From: Hemiscyllium ocellatum
Lineage: Eukaryota
Direction of reading: 5' to 3'
DNA: 64,000 bases
NCBI RefSeq assembly: GCF_020745735.1
Contig: NC_083422.1
Coordinates: 9,982,001-10,046,000, forward strand
Numbering within the stretch: the first letter of the stretch is position 1; each line of letters starts with the position of its first letter. Made by a program: the position numbers and the translations under genes. Below the pieces are notes generated by a model. The model ran no database searches, had not been told where the DNA came from, and saw only the letters and a list, made by a program, of their open reading frames with translations. Positions 39,430 through 52,164 of this stretch are shown here, one piece after another.

Positions 39430-40040
39430 GTCACAGAGTCATAGAGATGTACAGCACGGAAACAGACCCTTCGGTCCAAACCGTCCAGATATCCCAACTC
39501 AATCTAGTCCCACCTGGCAGCACCCAGCCCATATCCCTCCAAACCCTTCCTAGTCATATATCCATCCAAATACCTCTTAAATGTTGCAATTGTACCAGCC
39601 TCCACCACTCCCTCTGGCAGCTCATTCCATACACGTACCACCCTCTGTGTGAAAAAAGTTGCCCCATACGTCTCTTTAATATCTTTCCCCTCTCACCCTA
39701 AACCTATGCCCTCTCGTTCTGGACTTCCCAACCCAGGGAAAAGACTTTGTCTATTTATCCTATCCATGCCCCTCATAATTTTGTAAACATCTATAAGGTC
39801 ACCCCTCAGCCTCTGACGCTCCAGGGAAAACAGCCCCAGCCTGTTCAGCCACTCCCTGTAACTCAAATCCTCCAACCCTGGCAACATCCTTGTAAATCTT
39901 TTCTGAAGCCTTTCAAGTTTCACAACATATTTCCGATAGGAAGGAGATTAGAATTGCATGCAATATTCCAATAGTGGCCTAACCAATGTCCTGTACAGCT
40001 GCAACATGACCTCCCAACTCCTGTACTCAATACTCTGACC
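39430..40040 (-). mobile_element. CR1/HER1-like LINE 3' fragment
   Basis: KLERLQKRFTRMLPGLEDLSYREWLNRLGLFSLERQRLRGDL on the minus strand. Confidence 0.92.
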
Positions 40041-40672
40041 AACAAATGAAAGCATATCAACTTGATGGAATATAAATGGAATTCTCAAGGAATCTGACAT
40101 AGTCCTCCTAGAATAGCTGTAATTTATGCTTAAAGCATTGAATAAAGCCTGATGATATATATAATATCTAAATCTTATATGAAAGGTTGACTAAAGGATT
40201 GAAGGCAGCCCATTGTAATGAAAAGGAGTTATATTGAGCTGTGGAAAGGGATAGCCCTAATATCATTGTTGAGACTGTGCCTGAATTGAACTTAATTTAA
40301 CATTATGATTTCAGAAGCTCAACATAAACTGGTCACATAGACACGAGGAGATGAGCTACTACAAGATGGGTGGCAAACAGGGAGAGGTTTAGTTCTTTTT
40401 TGAAGAAAACTATCAGAAATAATGAGTGCTTTCCCTGTGAAGGAGATGAAAGACAGAAATAGATAACAACTAATATACTTCCCCTTCATGGATAGAAGGG
40501 AACTGAATTAGAGGTGAAGTAGACAGCCTGACATAAATAACCTTTTCCCCATGATTATTTAGAAATATAGAAAATAGAAGCAGGAGTAGGCCATTTGGCC
40601 CCTTGAGCTTGCTCCAACATTTAAAACAATCGTGGCTGATCATCCAAATCAACAGCCTGTTCCCCTCCATAT

Positions 40673-41185
40673 CCTCTAGGAATTCTTTGGCTGTTCTCTG
40701 TCTGGCTTGTCCTATAATAGTAGTGTTGTCCCAGTCGAATTCATGTTGCTTGTCATCTGCGTGTGTGGCTACTAAGGATAGCTGGTCATGTCGTTTCGTG
40801 GCTAGTTGGTGTTCATGGATGCGGATTGTTAGCTGTCTTCCTGTTTGTCCTGTGTAGTGTTTTGTGCAGTCCTTGCATGGGATTTTGTACACTAGGGAAT
40901 TCCTAAAGGCATGGCACTCATCACTGATTCAATCAATAAGCACATTGACCTGGACCCAATATACCGGCCACTGCAGCGGACAGCTGGGACTGACAACCGG
41001 AAGCGGCAGGTACAAATCACTATAAATGCCGGAGGAAACAACACAGAGGCGCTTCACAGGAGGCTCCCAAGCAATGAAGATGTCACCTAGACAGGGGACG
41101 AAACATCTGTAACACAAATTCCCAGCTCGGTGAACAGAACCACAACAACGAGCACCCGAGCTACAAATCTTCTCCCAAACTTTGA
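40673..41185. mobile_element. Second Poseidon-type PLE fragment with 5' inversion
   Basis: Minus 40673-40894 encodes VYKIPCKDCTKHYTGQTGRQ..KEFLE; plus 40895-41185 continues from EFLKAWH to the pLTR, with a decayed hammerhead at 41071-41110. Confidence 0.9.
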
Positions 41186-42012
41186 GTTTGTGGAATCTTG
41201 GAAAATGACCATTAATGGATCCACGGTTTCTATGTCCGTTTCATTACATACTCTGCATGTATATTATTGGGCCCTGGGGATTTATTGGCCTTTAATTCCA
41301 TTAAATTTCCTTCACAATATTTCTCTACGATATTGATTTCCTTCAGTTCCAACACTGTCACTAGTTTTCTGGTATGTGTTTGTGTCCTGCTTTATGAATG
41401 CAGAACCAAAATACATATTTAGTCGGTCAGCCTTATCTTTATTCCCCGTTCTGAATGATGCCACGTCTGACTGTAAGGGTAAGGCAGTGGTCTCCAACAA
41501 TCTTTTTCTCTTTGTGCATTGATATTTGAATTATGCTCAGCATATTTAAATTTTTAAGCCATAAATATGCCATGGATCATACCGCAAGATTTTCAACATC
41601 GTCTTTTGCTTGTTTACTCCAAACAGAAACGAAAGCAGCATCAGGGTATGGAAACAGCGACTTTGGCTGCCAATTCATGGACCTGGCATAACAGCAAGAA
41701 GTGGACTGGAATTCATATCCTCCACATGCAATATTCTCATTTGGAAAGTCGACGAAAGAGGAAATCCAACTGCTCAGCCCAGAGGAGCTGAAGCTGCCAA
41801 GAAGCTGTTAAGTAATAACTGATCCCTTCTGGCCCGATCAAGGTTCTGCTATTTGGAAGTAATAAATTGGCATCTTGCTGTGCGTATTTGGTTTTGCATA
41901 TTGTCTCACCTGTGAAAAAGTGTATCTGCAGCCTGCACATGCCCCTCACTATGGCCCCACGGGGGCCTAATTTTGTACTGCGTTATGACTGGACTCCTCA
42001 AAGGCTGGAGGT

Positions 42013-42955
42013 TCATAGAATCCCTACAATGTGGAAGCAGGTCATTCAGCCCATTGAGTCCCAAGGGGTGGCACAGTGGCTGAGTGGTCAGCACTGTTGC
42101 CTCACAGCACCAGGGACCCAGGTTCGATTCCAGCCTCGGGTGACTGTCTGTGTGGAGTCTGCACGTTCTCCCCGTGTCTGCGTGGGTTTCCTCCGACAGT
42201 TCAAAGATGTGCAGGTTAGGTAAATTGGCCATGCCAAATTGCCCACAGCGCTCAGGGATGTGTAGGTGATGTGCATTAGCCAGGAGTAAATGTAAAGTAA
42301 TAGGATAGGAGAATGGGTTTGGGTAGGATACTCTTCGTTGGGTCGTTGGGCTTGTTGAGCTGAAGGACCTGTTTCCACACTAGGGATTCTATGTATCCAC
42401 ACCACCCTGCTGTAGGGCATCCCACCCAGACCCATTGCCGCTATCCTATCTCCATAACCCTGTATTGTCCATGGCTAATCCATCTAGCCCATACATCCCT
42501 GAACACTATGGCCATTTTAGCATGGTCAATTACCTAACCTGCACACAGAGTCATACAGCAGAGAAACAAATCCTTCAGTCCAACCAGTCCATACTGACCA
42601 TAATCCCAAACTAAACTAGTCTCACCAGCCTACGCTTGGCCCATATCCCTCTAAACATTTCCTTTCATGTACTTACCCAAATGTCTTTGAAACGTGGTAA
42701 CTGTACCCGCATCCACCACTTCCTCGAAGTTCATTCAACCCATGAACCACTTTTGCCCTTCATGTCTATTTTAAATCTTACTCCTTTCACCATAAAAATT
42801 TGCCTCCGTCTTGAAATCCCTACCCAGGGCAAGACATCGGCTATTCATGTGTAGGTCACCTTTGGGCTGTGGGAGGAAGCCAGAGGAAACCCACACAGAG
42901 AATGTGCAAACTCCACACAGACAGTCATCTGAGACTGGGATCGAACCTGGGTCCT
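42013..42955 (-). mobile_element. Old HE1 SINE (minus) split by a plus-strand HE1 (42066-42390) and a minus-strand CR1 3' end (42546-42860)
   Basis: Pieces 42013-42063, 42395-42545 and 42860-42955 join into one collinear HE1. Confidence 0.8.
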
Positions 42956-44273
42956 TCCACACCTCTTCCTTTGTGTCCCCTCAGACACTCACTCTCAAAA
43001 GACTCGATCAAACTCTTCAAATCATCTTAGTCCTCAGTTTTGTTTGAATAGAATGGCAGGAGAAGGTGCTCTGATCTCCGTATGTCCTATTTCTCATGTT
43101 CTTGAGAATGCCACTCTGTCCAAATTTGTTATCCGCCATCTTGGGCGATGAGAGAAACTGCAACAGCATTAAAGACACCACTGAGGAGGCAGCTCACTCT
43201 AATCAGTGTCTCTCTGTCGAATCTGGGTTCACAAACACAAATTCTGTGGTTCTGGCTAATGAGGAGCTGTAACAGACTCTGGAATCTCCATTCTGTGGGC
43301 AAATGGGGGTGGGGTGGGGTGGGGAAGCAACCTGTCAGAGTCAGACCCAACTTAGTCTTCACTGTAAATGAAGAGAGAGTGGTTCAAAGTTCATCGGAGC
43401 ATGAAATTGTCTTGGAAAGCAGTGTTCACCTTTATCAACTCAGTAGGTTGTTGGATGGGACAGTGTCAGTTCACGTTGGGGGAAAAAGCATGAACAATTT
43501 TTTTTAAAAAGGCAGCATGATTGTGAAGCAGTGTTGTCCCATCATAGTCTCTGCTTTGAATAGTTATCACGGGAAAATTCATAGTTCACTCAGGATCGCT
43601 GAGCAATCAGGCTAATTAAACTGCAAACAAGAACAAGTTACCATCAGGGGAGAAGTGGACACTTGACAATATGAACTCCCCAAAGTTCCCATCATTCCCT
43701 TCGTCACTGCTTCTTCTCCCAACAATTAGCCTTGTTGAGAATTTTCAAGAACTCGACTTTTTTAAAAATAATAAACAGAACATTTGGCGACTAAAGCTAA
43801 GAATTAGGGATATGACGCATCCATTGGAGTCTGGAATATCAGTAATGTGTGTTAATCGCCCAGTACTGGCATCATTCAATGTTGGTGTACACATCACAGC
43901 AATCAGCTGAAATGCGAGATTCAGTGTTTCCCAGTTCAGCAACGCTGCCTGCCACAAGTAACACTCTTTTTTCTGAAATACAGACCTCTCCATCACTGGT
44001 GACAATACATCCACCAAGTGCATCACTGATTGGGTGCCAAATCCAGGAACAGACCAAACATTTTATGTTGATATAGACCCATTTGCAGCTTCATAAAAGC
44101 CCCAGACGACTTGCATTTATTTAGCTCCTTTAACATACTAAAACACCGAAAGATGTATCACAGGGAAGCTACCCAACATTTAAAAGGCATCTAAGTGTGT
44201 ACATGAAAAGGAAGGATTCAGAGGGATATGGGCAAAATGCTGGTAAATGGGACTAGATTAATTTAAGATATCT

Positions 44274-45135
44274 AGATTAGAGTGGTGCTAAAAAAGCACA
44301 GTAGGTCAGGCAGCATCCAAGGAGCAGGAGAATCAATGTTTCAGGCAAAAATCCTTCATCAGGAATGAGGTGGAAATATAAATGGGAGGGAGGTGGGGCT
44401 GGGGAGAAGGTAGCCAAGAGTACAATAGGTGGATGGGAGTGGGGATGGAGGTGATAGGCCAGAGAGGAGGGTGGAATGGATATGTGGGAAGGGAGATTGG
44501 CAGGTAGGACAGGTCATGGGGATGGTGCTGAGCTTTTTTTTTTAGATTAGATTAGATTAGATTAGATTAGATTTACAGTGTGGAAACAGGCCCTTCGGCC
44601 CAACAAGTCCACACCGACCCGCCGAAGCGCAACCCACCCATACCCCTACATTTACCCCTTACCTAACACTACGGGCAATTTAGCATGGCCAATTCACCTG
44701 ACCCGCACATCTTTGGACTGTGGGAGGAAACCGGAGCTCCCGGAGGAAACCCACGCAGACACGGGGAGAACGTGCAAACTCCACACAGTCAGTCGCCTGA
44801 GGCGGGAATTGAACCCAGGTCCCTGGCGCTGTGAGGCAGCAGTGCTAACCACTGTGCCACCGTGCTGCCCGTACTGCCCGTGCTGCCCGAGCTGGCAGGT
44901 TGGAACTGGGGTAAGGTAGGCGGAGAGGAAATGAGGAAACTGGTGAAGTCCACATTGATGCCCTGGGGTTGAAATGTTCCGAGGCAGAAGATAAGGCGTT
45001 CTCATTCCTGATGATGGACTTTTGCCCGAAACATCAATTTTCCTGCTCCTCGGATGCTGCCTGACCTGCTGTGCTTTTCCAGCTCCACACTAATCTAGGC
45101 GCTGATCTCCAGCATCTGGAGTCCTCACTTTCGCC
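44274..45135 (-). mobile_element. PLE family A (Neptune-like) 3' fragment with inverted pLTRs
   Basis: TSD taattta[a/g]gatatct at 44259-44273 and 45136-45150; minus 44941-45001 encodes ERLIFCLGTFQPQGINVDFT (GIY-YIG C-terminal PxGxN motif); decayed hammerheads in both arms. Confidence 0.88.
44534..44890 (-). mobile_element. HE1-type V-SINE (very young) nested in the PLE
   Basis: Consensus-like; long (TAATC)n plus A tail; short TSD gagct. Confidence 0.95.
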
Positions 45136-45245
45136 TAATTTAGGATATCTGATTGGCATGGACAAGTTGGACCGAAGGGTCTGATGCGTTGCTCTATAAC
45201 TCTATGACTCCCTGTAACACAAGAAAATACCTGAAGATGTATACC

Positions 45246-45463
45246 GAGAGTGCGGTGCTGGAAAAGCACAGCAGGTCAGGCAGTATCCGAGGAGCAGGAG
45301 AATTGATGTTTCGGGCATTAGTCCTTCATCATTCATTCCTGATGAAGGACTTATGCCCGAAATGTTGGTTCTCCTGCTCCTCAGATGCTGCCTGGCCTGC
45401 TGTGCTTTTCCAGCACCACACACTCAACTCTGATCTCTAGCATCTGCAGTCTTCACTTTCACC
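45246..45463. mobile_element. PLE family A palindromic mini-element
   Basis: Arms meet at ccttcatc-attcattcct-gatgaagg; tail ..gcatctgcagtcttcactttc. Confidence 0.85.
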
Positions 45464-45569
45464 CAAAAGTGTATGACAGGGAAGCTCCCAAACAGGGGAT
45501 ATTAGAAAAAGTAAAGGAGTGTTTTAAAGGAGGAGAGAGATAGATAAAGGGAACAGCTTAAGCCTCAGT

Positions 45570-45862
45570 GGAGTGGCACAGTGACTCAGTGGTTTGCACT
45601 GCTGCCTCACATGCACCAGGGCCACAGGTTCGATTCCTGCCTCGGGTGACTGTCTGTGTGGAGTTTGTGCATTCTCCCTGTGTTTGCGTGGGTTTCCTCT
45701 GGGTGCTCCAGTTTCCTCCCACAATCCCATAGTGTTAGTTGCATTAGTCAGGTATAAGTATGGGGTAGGGGAATGGGTCTGGGTGGGTTGCTCTTTGGAG
45801 GGTCATGTGGACTTGTTGGGCCAGAAGGCCTGTTCCTATACTGTAGGCAATCTAATCTAATC
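45570..45862 (+). mobile_element. HE1-type V-SINE with internal deletion
   Basis: Head, partial V-domain and tail aatctaatctaatc. Confidence 0.88.
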
Positions 45863-47580
45863 AAGCCTAAGGCAAGCAACCTCTGGCTTCTCGGAAACAC
45901 CAATGGGCGTACGTTAACCTAAAATGTATGGTCACTTCCTGGGTTCGGTACCCAGCCCACCAAATAACCTGGTGGATATACAGTCACCAGCATTGATAAA
46001 GCATCCAAAAGGTGGAATGATTAAATGCTCAGAGGTCAGAACTGGAGCAGAGCAGAGAATCTGGAAGATACATTTAGTCTGTCTTTCTGACAGTGTTGTT
46101 TGAGACACAGGTATTGGCCAGAGCACCGATGCAGTGTTGGAGCGCTGTTGCTACATGGTGCTAAAGAGCCACTAATAAAATGACACAAACTCCGTGGAAT
46201 AATGAGGCTTCCAGCAGCCTCGATGGTTCTTTACCAGCATCCCCTCCCAACCCACTGCCCCACCCTTCCTCCCACCAATTGAAAAGGGCTCGGTGAAGGT
46301 GCCAGGATTACGAGCCTCCAGAGATTCAAACACACAAATGAAAAAGAGTTAGAGCTTCCTCCAACTAAATCTCTCACCCATATCATAATCACCTGGTGTC
46401 TCACTTTCCCCGAGTCCCACTTCGAATGATGTCATAAAAAAGTATTTACATTCCCACCTTGGGGTTGCTTTTGTTGCAAAATAAAAAAAAAGCTGCAAAA
46501 TAATCAGAAAAATACCGAACATTTTAAGTCTAAGTGGCTATTTTATTCCAATCTGAGTAGAGAGAGGCTCAAGTTACAGAGTAAATTACAGACTTCATTT
46601 CCAAAAATGGTGTGAAAAGAATATTTAGACGATGGCAAAACAAAGACCCTTTTAAACCTGGCAGGGAGGTAAAGGTTTGGTCATGCGTCAAGTAATTTGA
46701 TGGGAAGACATGGAAATTCCTGCATCTCACCTTTCCCATCCTTTTCATCTTCCAGCTGAGGATACAGAACATCAGTTTCATCTGAATGTTAATTTGACGC
46801 AAAATCCCAGTAAATCACAAGACATCAAGGTTTTTCACAACCTAATGACACTTGCTAATCTTCCTCCGATTGCATTAGACACAGAGGACATTAGATTTGT
46901 GCATGAAATTGGCCACATCCAATGTACAATTCCCAACTACAAATTCAAATCCCCCTCAAACTAATTCCTCGCCCCCCCCTTGCTTCATTTATTCCAGATT
47001 TGACTTTTATTTTAATTTTAAAAAAAAATCTGAGAGCTGCAGCGGTTCAAGAAGTCCGCTCACCTTTCTCAAGGACAGTTACGGATGGTTAATAAATGCT
47101 GGCTTGTCAGTAAGGTTCATGTCCCATGAAAGAATTTTAAAATTAAAAAAAATAATAAAAACAACTTGCTTCATCATTCTTATGTAGGACTATTACAAGT
47201 AAATATATAAAAGAGGGTAAATGGTTTTGTAGGAGGCCAGATTTCATTTGACCTGACTTGATTTCCAATGTGAAATTGCTTAAGAGTTTCATTAATATGG
47301 AGGACTCCTGTAGGAATGCTTAGAGCTGGTTTCAGTTCCCCATAGTACATGAGACAACAGGTTAATTTTAATGTCGGACTGGGAAATTGAGTGATCTTCA
47401 ACCTCTCTCAGTTTTATTTGTTTTTCCAAATTGCGGCTCATTCTTAAACAGCAGGAAGCTGCAACACTGGTAACTCAGTCTGCTCCAACTTGATCCAAGT
47501 GCAGAAGAAGAAACAGAGACAATGGGGGAGAGAAAGAGAGAGTGAATGAGACAGAGACAGACACAGAGAGAGTGCGCGAG

Positions 47581-47712
47581 AGAGATAGGTAGAGAGATAG
47601 GTAGAGAGATAGGTAGAGAGATAGGTAGAGAGATAGGTAGAGAGATAGGTAGAGAGATAGGTAGAGAGATAGGTAGAGAGATAGGTAGAGAGATAGGTAG
47701 AGAGATAGGTAG
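47581..47712. repeat. 12-bp tandem repeat (AGAGATAGGTAG)x11 within a GA-rich tract
   Basis: Perfect array; source of the REIG/LSTY ORFs. Confidence 0.97.
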
Positions 47713-48002
47713 AGAGAGAGAGGTGCAGATACACAGGGAGATGCAGAATAAGAGAGAGAGAGAAAAACAGAACGAGAGAATGGAAGCAAGGGAGACGGTG
47801 ATCGGTGACAGTCAAAGATGGAAAGGCAAAGCTGAAAAGAGAAATAAATGCAACACAAAGCTCTGAGCAGGGTACATCTGAAAACAGATTTCAGCAGCAG
47901 ACACCGTGATTTCCATATCCAGTCTTTCACATAGATACTCAGGGCCAGTAGATCAATGTTCAACACATTAATGTTAACAGCACATTCAAACAATTCCAGT
48001 AT

Positions 48003-48138
48003 GTTCTGAGGAAGGGTCGGTTGACCCAAAATTAACTATGATTTCCCTCCACAGATGCTTGCCAAACCTGCTGAGCTTTTCAAGCAATTTCATGTTTTTG
48101 TTTCTGATTCCCAGCATCCGCAGTTCTTTCGATATTTA
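48003..48138 (+). mobile_element. PLE family B solo pLTR with decayed hammerhead
   Basis: gtt-ctgagga-a-gggtc-ggtt-gaccc-aaaatt-aac ... acctgctgagcttttc..cagcatccgcagttcttt. Confidence 0.7.
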
Positions 48139-49064
48139 ACAGAATTCCAACGTTTTGCAAAACATCCTTGTAAACCTTTTCCAAACCCTTTCAAGTGTCA
48201 CAACAGAATTTAACATGACATTCTCGAAGTGCCCTCAATGTCCTGTGCAGCCGCAACTTGATGTCCCAACTCCTAAACGCAACGTGCTGACTAATGCTAC
48301 AGGATTTCTCAGACAACTCTTCCTCTCCTGCATTTCAGTTGCAATTTGGAGAGAACTCAACTTCTGACTGTCCATAATCAAGGCCATCGTGAGCTAGTCT
48401 TTTCGGACCTTGCACCCCCACCCATCACTTCTGGGTCAATATAGTCCCTGCTCTGCTGTTTCTATCTCATCTCCACTTCTCTCTATCTCCTCTACATCTG
48501 TAAATGCTGCATCCCATATCCCGACCATTCAGCACTCCTTTCCACAACACGATACGAGACATCAATTCCATCTCTAACCTCCAGCTATGTCTAAACTCAA
48601 ACAAATCTTCCCAAAATAGGCATGATGGACACAGTTCACTGTCCACGTTCAGATCCTTTCTGCCCTCAGAACCAAAGCAATACTTTGCTCATGTTGGGCT
48701 GCTGGACAATTCCATCAGGAATTTCCTTCAGGAAGAAGAGAGAGATTCCAGATACGTGCTTCAAAAAGGAGACACTCGCAGAGCTCAGGCAAGAGTAGAT
48801 CGGTGGGAGAGTGGGTCAAATTGGTCAGCTCTTTTAGAGTAGGGTGGAACTGGTCCCATCAGTCAAACAAAAGGTCAAAATCAGAACTGAAATTGGAAAG
48901 CAAAGCAGGAATTTTAACGGGAGAGCGGGATGGACGACCTACAAACTCCATTGCGATAAATAGCAAGCTCGTGTTGTGAAAGATCATCCTAGTGAAGCAA
49001 TGGGAAAAGGTTAAAGACAAATTGGACTTACTCACTCGAGGGCTTGTCTCATGAGAAGCGGTCA

Positions 49065-49490
49065 AGGGATCTGGGCCTGTACTCGATGGAGTTTAGAAAG
49101 ATGGGGCAGGGGATCTGATTGAAAAACTTACAGGATACTGAGGGGCCTGGATAGAGTGGAAGTGGAGAAGATGTTTCCACTAGTAGGAGAGACTAGGACT
49201 CCAGGGCACCGCCTCAGAGTGAAGGGATGCCCCTTTGGAACTGAGCTGAGGAGGAATTTCTTCAGCCAAAGGGTGTTGATTCTGTGGAACCCATTGCCGC
49301 AGCAGGTGTGGAGGCCTGGTCATCGAGTGTATTTAAGACAAAGATAGATAGGTTCTTGATTAGTAAGGGATGAAGGTTAACAGGGAAAAGTCAGGAGGAT
49401 GGGGTTGAGAAACATATCAGCCATGATCGAATGTAGAGCAAACACAATGGGCTGAATGGCCTAATTCTGCTGCACTATCTTATGGAGTTG
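49065..49490 (+). mobile_element. CR1 3' fragment
   Basis: MFPLVGETRTPGHRLRVKG..LRRNFFSQRVLILWNPLP. Confidence 0.88.
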
Positions 49491-50364
49491 AGATAACTTG
49501 ATGGAATGGAGTGATTTCGAGATGATTAAAGCATGCAACAGATCTTCTCTATTGACCCAACAAGGGGCATTAAATTCAGGTCTGAATTCAGACATTTGAG
49601 GGTTCTCCCCATAATGAACAGTTGGAAATGGCAAACTTTCACTTCCAAAAAAAGCAGCTGATGCCAGGTCAATTGAAAATGTGAAAGCCGATCAAATGAT
49701 TCTCGTCAAGTGAGAATTTTGAGAGTTATGGTGATCTGGTGGGTAAAAGGAGTGAAACTACAGATCAGATGTGATCTGGGTGAACAATTCCATGAGCTGA
49801 ATGAGCCTCTTGCTCCTACATTCTAATGAAAACGGAAACAACAAATAGTGATGAAGGCAAAAGGACACAATAGAAACCAACACAAGGTTAAGGGAATAGA
49901 AGAGGGCTGAAGTAAATTTTTAAATATTCCAACAAATTATAGCACCACAAACAGCCCCCTCCTGATCACCTCCAAATCCTCGAGCACACTTCCCAGCTCA
50001 GATTTCCAGCGCTCACAATATTGTCTTTAACTCTGAAATGGATGGTCCAATAGGAACAATAAATTAGAAGCAGAAGCCCTGCCAAAGCATTCCTGTGTGT
50101 GTGTTTTTTTAGTGAGAAGCTATACTGAATTATCCAGCAGCCTGACACAGAGCTACGATCATTTCCAAATTGTACTACGGTGAAGAATCCACTGTTGGAA
50201 ATCAAATCCGAGTTATGTAACCAACTCTGCTGTTGGCCAAAGGGCCGAGTGTAGATCCAAGGATACTGAGAGATATTTTCTTGTAACAGAGAGAGTACAA
50301 AGTCATTCATTTCACTGAGCCACGTCTACAATCAGTACTGCATGAATTAATGCATCTATCTCAG

Positions 50365-50668
50365 TGGCACGGTGGCACAGTGGTTAGCACTGCTGCCTCA
50401 CAGCACCAGAGACCTGGGTTCAATTCCCACCTCAGGTGACTGACTGTGTGGAGTTTGCATGTTCTCCCAGTGTCTGCGTGGGTTTGCTCCGGTTTCCTCC
50501 CACAGTCCAAAGATGTGCAGGTCAGGTGAATTGACCATGCTAAAATTGCCCATAGTGTTAGGTAAGGGGTAAATGTAGGGGTATGGGTGGGTTGCCCTTT
50601 GGCAGGTTGGTGTGGACTTGTTGGGCCGAAGGGCCTGTTTCCACACTGTAAGTAATCTAATCTAATCA
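50365..50668 (+). mobile_element. HE1-type V-SINE
   Basis: Consensus-like with tail taatctaatctaatc. Confidence 0.93.
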
Positions 50669-50789
50669 GCAACTGACCATGCTTGTAAATTTCAGTTGCC
50701 AAAACGCTGCTGCCTATGTTCTATCCAAGGCATCAAACTCAGCCATTGCTGCTGTGATATACATCCACTGTTGAGGCAGCAATGCCTCT

Positions 50790-51070
50790 CTTTTATTAAC
50801 ACTTAACCTTGCTTTCCAAGGTCTCATCCTTCTCCATCCAAATAACCTCTTCCAACCCACAATCCTCAGAGATATCAGTGCTCCTCCAATTCCAGCCTCG
50901 TGTACCTCCTGGATTTCAATCATTTTAACCATTGGCGATTTGGGCCTCTGGAATTCCCTCCCTTGGCCTCTCCCTCCTTCCCATAAAATGCTCCTTAAGA
51001 CCAACATCTTGTGGTTAAATAGCCCTATGTGACTTGTTGTTGAATTGCCTGTACACACAGTGTCTGGAGA
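50790..51070 (+). mobile_element. L2 LINE 3' fragment (old)
   Basis: ctctggaattccctccct..ctccttaagaccaacatctt, typical of an L2 end. Confidence 0.55.
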
Positions 51071-51096
51071 TACTTTACTGGGGTCAGGATCACTTT

Positions 51097-51360
51097 AGGA
51101 GAAAGTGAGGACTGCAGATGCCGGAGATCAGAGCTGAAAATGTGTTGCTAGAAAAGCGCAGCAGGTCAGGCAGCATCCAAGGAGCAGGAGAGTCGATGTT
51201 TCGGGCATGAGCCCTTCTGCAGGAATGAAGAAAGGTGTGCCAAGCAGGCTAAGATAAAAGGTAGGGAGGAGGGCACGGAAATCCTTGTAGAAGGAGGAAG
51301 AGACCTTCTTCAAGGAAGGCATCCTTGCAAGAGGATTTGCCGTAGGTATCTTAGCCTGCT
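51097..51360 (-). mobile_element. PLE family A rearranged fragment
   Basis: pLTR (gaggactgcagatgccggagatcagag..gtttcgggcatgagcccttc), then a segment matching the reverse complement of 18138-18200, and a 14-bp inverted piece agcaggctaagata/tatcttagcctgct. Confidence 0.75.
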
Positions 51361-51493
51361 TTGTGACTGAATTGACAAAGTCAGAAGTTCTTTTCTTCAG
51401 TGACTTTCAGCACATTCATCGCTCTGTCTCTACTTGAAAATAGCTCAACACCACATCTGCTGCTATGAATCTTTTCTCCCTTCGTAAATGTGA

Positions 51494-51812
51494 GCGGCAC
51501 GGTGGCACAGTGGTTAGCACTGCTGCCCCACAGCGCCAGAGACCCGGGTTCAATTCCTGCCTCAGGTGACTGACAGTGTGGAGTTTGCACGTTCTCCCTG
51601 TGTCTGCGTGGGTCCCCTCCGGGTGCTCCGGTTTCCTCCCACAATCCAAAGATGTGTGGGTCAGGTGAATTGGCCATGCTAAATTGCCCGTAGTGTTAGG
51701 TAAGGGGTAAACGCAAGGGTACAGCTGGGTTGCGCTTCAGCGGGTCAGTGTGGACTTGTTGGGCCGAAGCGCCTGTTTCCACACTGAAAGTAATCTTATC
51801 TAATCTAATCTA
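51494..51812 (+). mobile_element. HE1-type V-SINE
   Basis: Consensus-like. Confidence 0.93.
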
Positions 51813-52164
51813 AAAAGCTCAACTGAATAAACACTTCAGCAGATATCTCGCCAGGGAGCTTACCCAGTCACTTAGCTGGAGTCACATGATTTCTTGGAGT
51901 TCCTGCTTTGCCAAAAGGAATTGAGGTTCTAACTCATCAGATAGAAAACACCCCCACAGAACTTAAAAAGAAGCCATTTATCTCTACGTTAGAGCCCATG
52001 TCCCAAATTAGAACATATCATAAACCTTTACCATAGCATGGAAAACATGGCAGGAAATGAGGAGGCAATGGCCTAGTGGTATTATCGCCAGACTGTTAAT
52101 CCAGAGTTGAAAATGCGTTGCTGGTTAAAGCACAGCAGGTCAGGCAGCATCCAAGGAATAGGAA

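Larger units (their letters stand above)
44170..45210 (+). mobile_element. CR1 3' tail split by the PLE insertion at 44274-45135
   Basis: ..gggactagattaatttaagatatct|..|gattggcatggacaagttggaccgaagggtctg. Confidence 0.85.

Noticed and set aside
47444-48029. Long ORFs with REIG/LSTY/LSLY repeats
   Set aside because: These are translations of a 12-bp tandem repeat.
50365-50440. tRNA-like A/B boxes as tRNA genes
   Set aside because: They are SINE heads continuing into the V-domain, with no complete cloverleaf or terminator.
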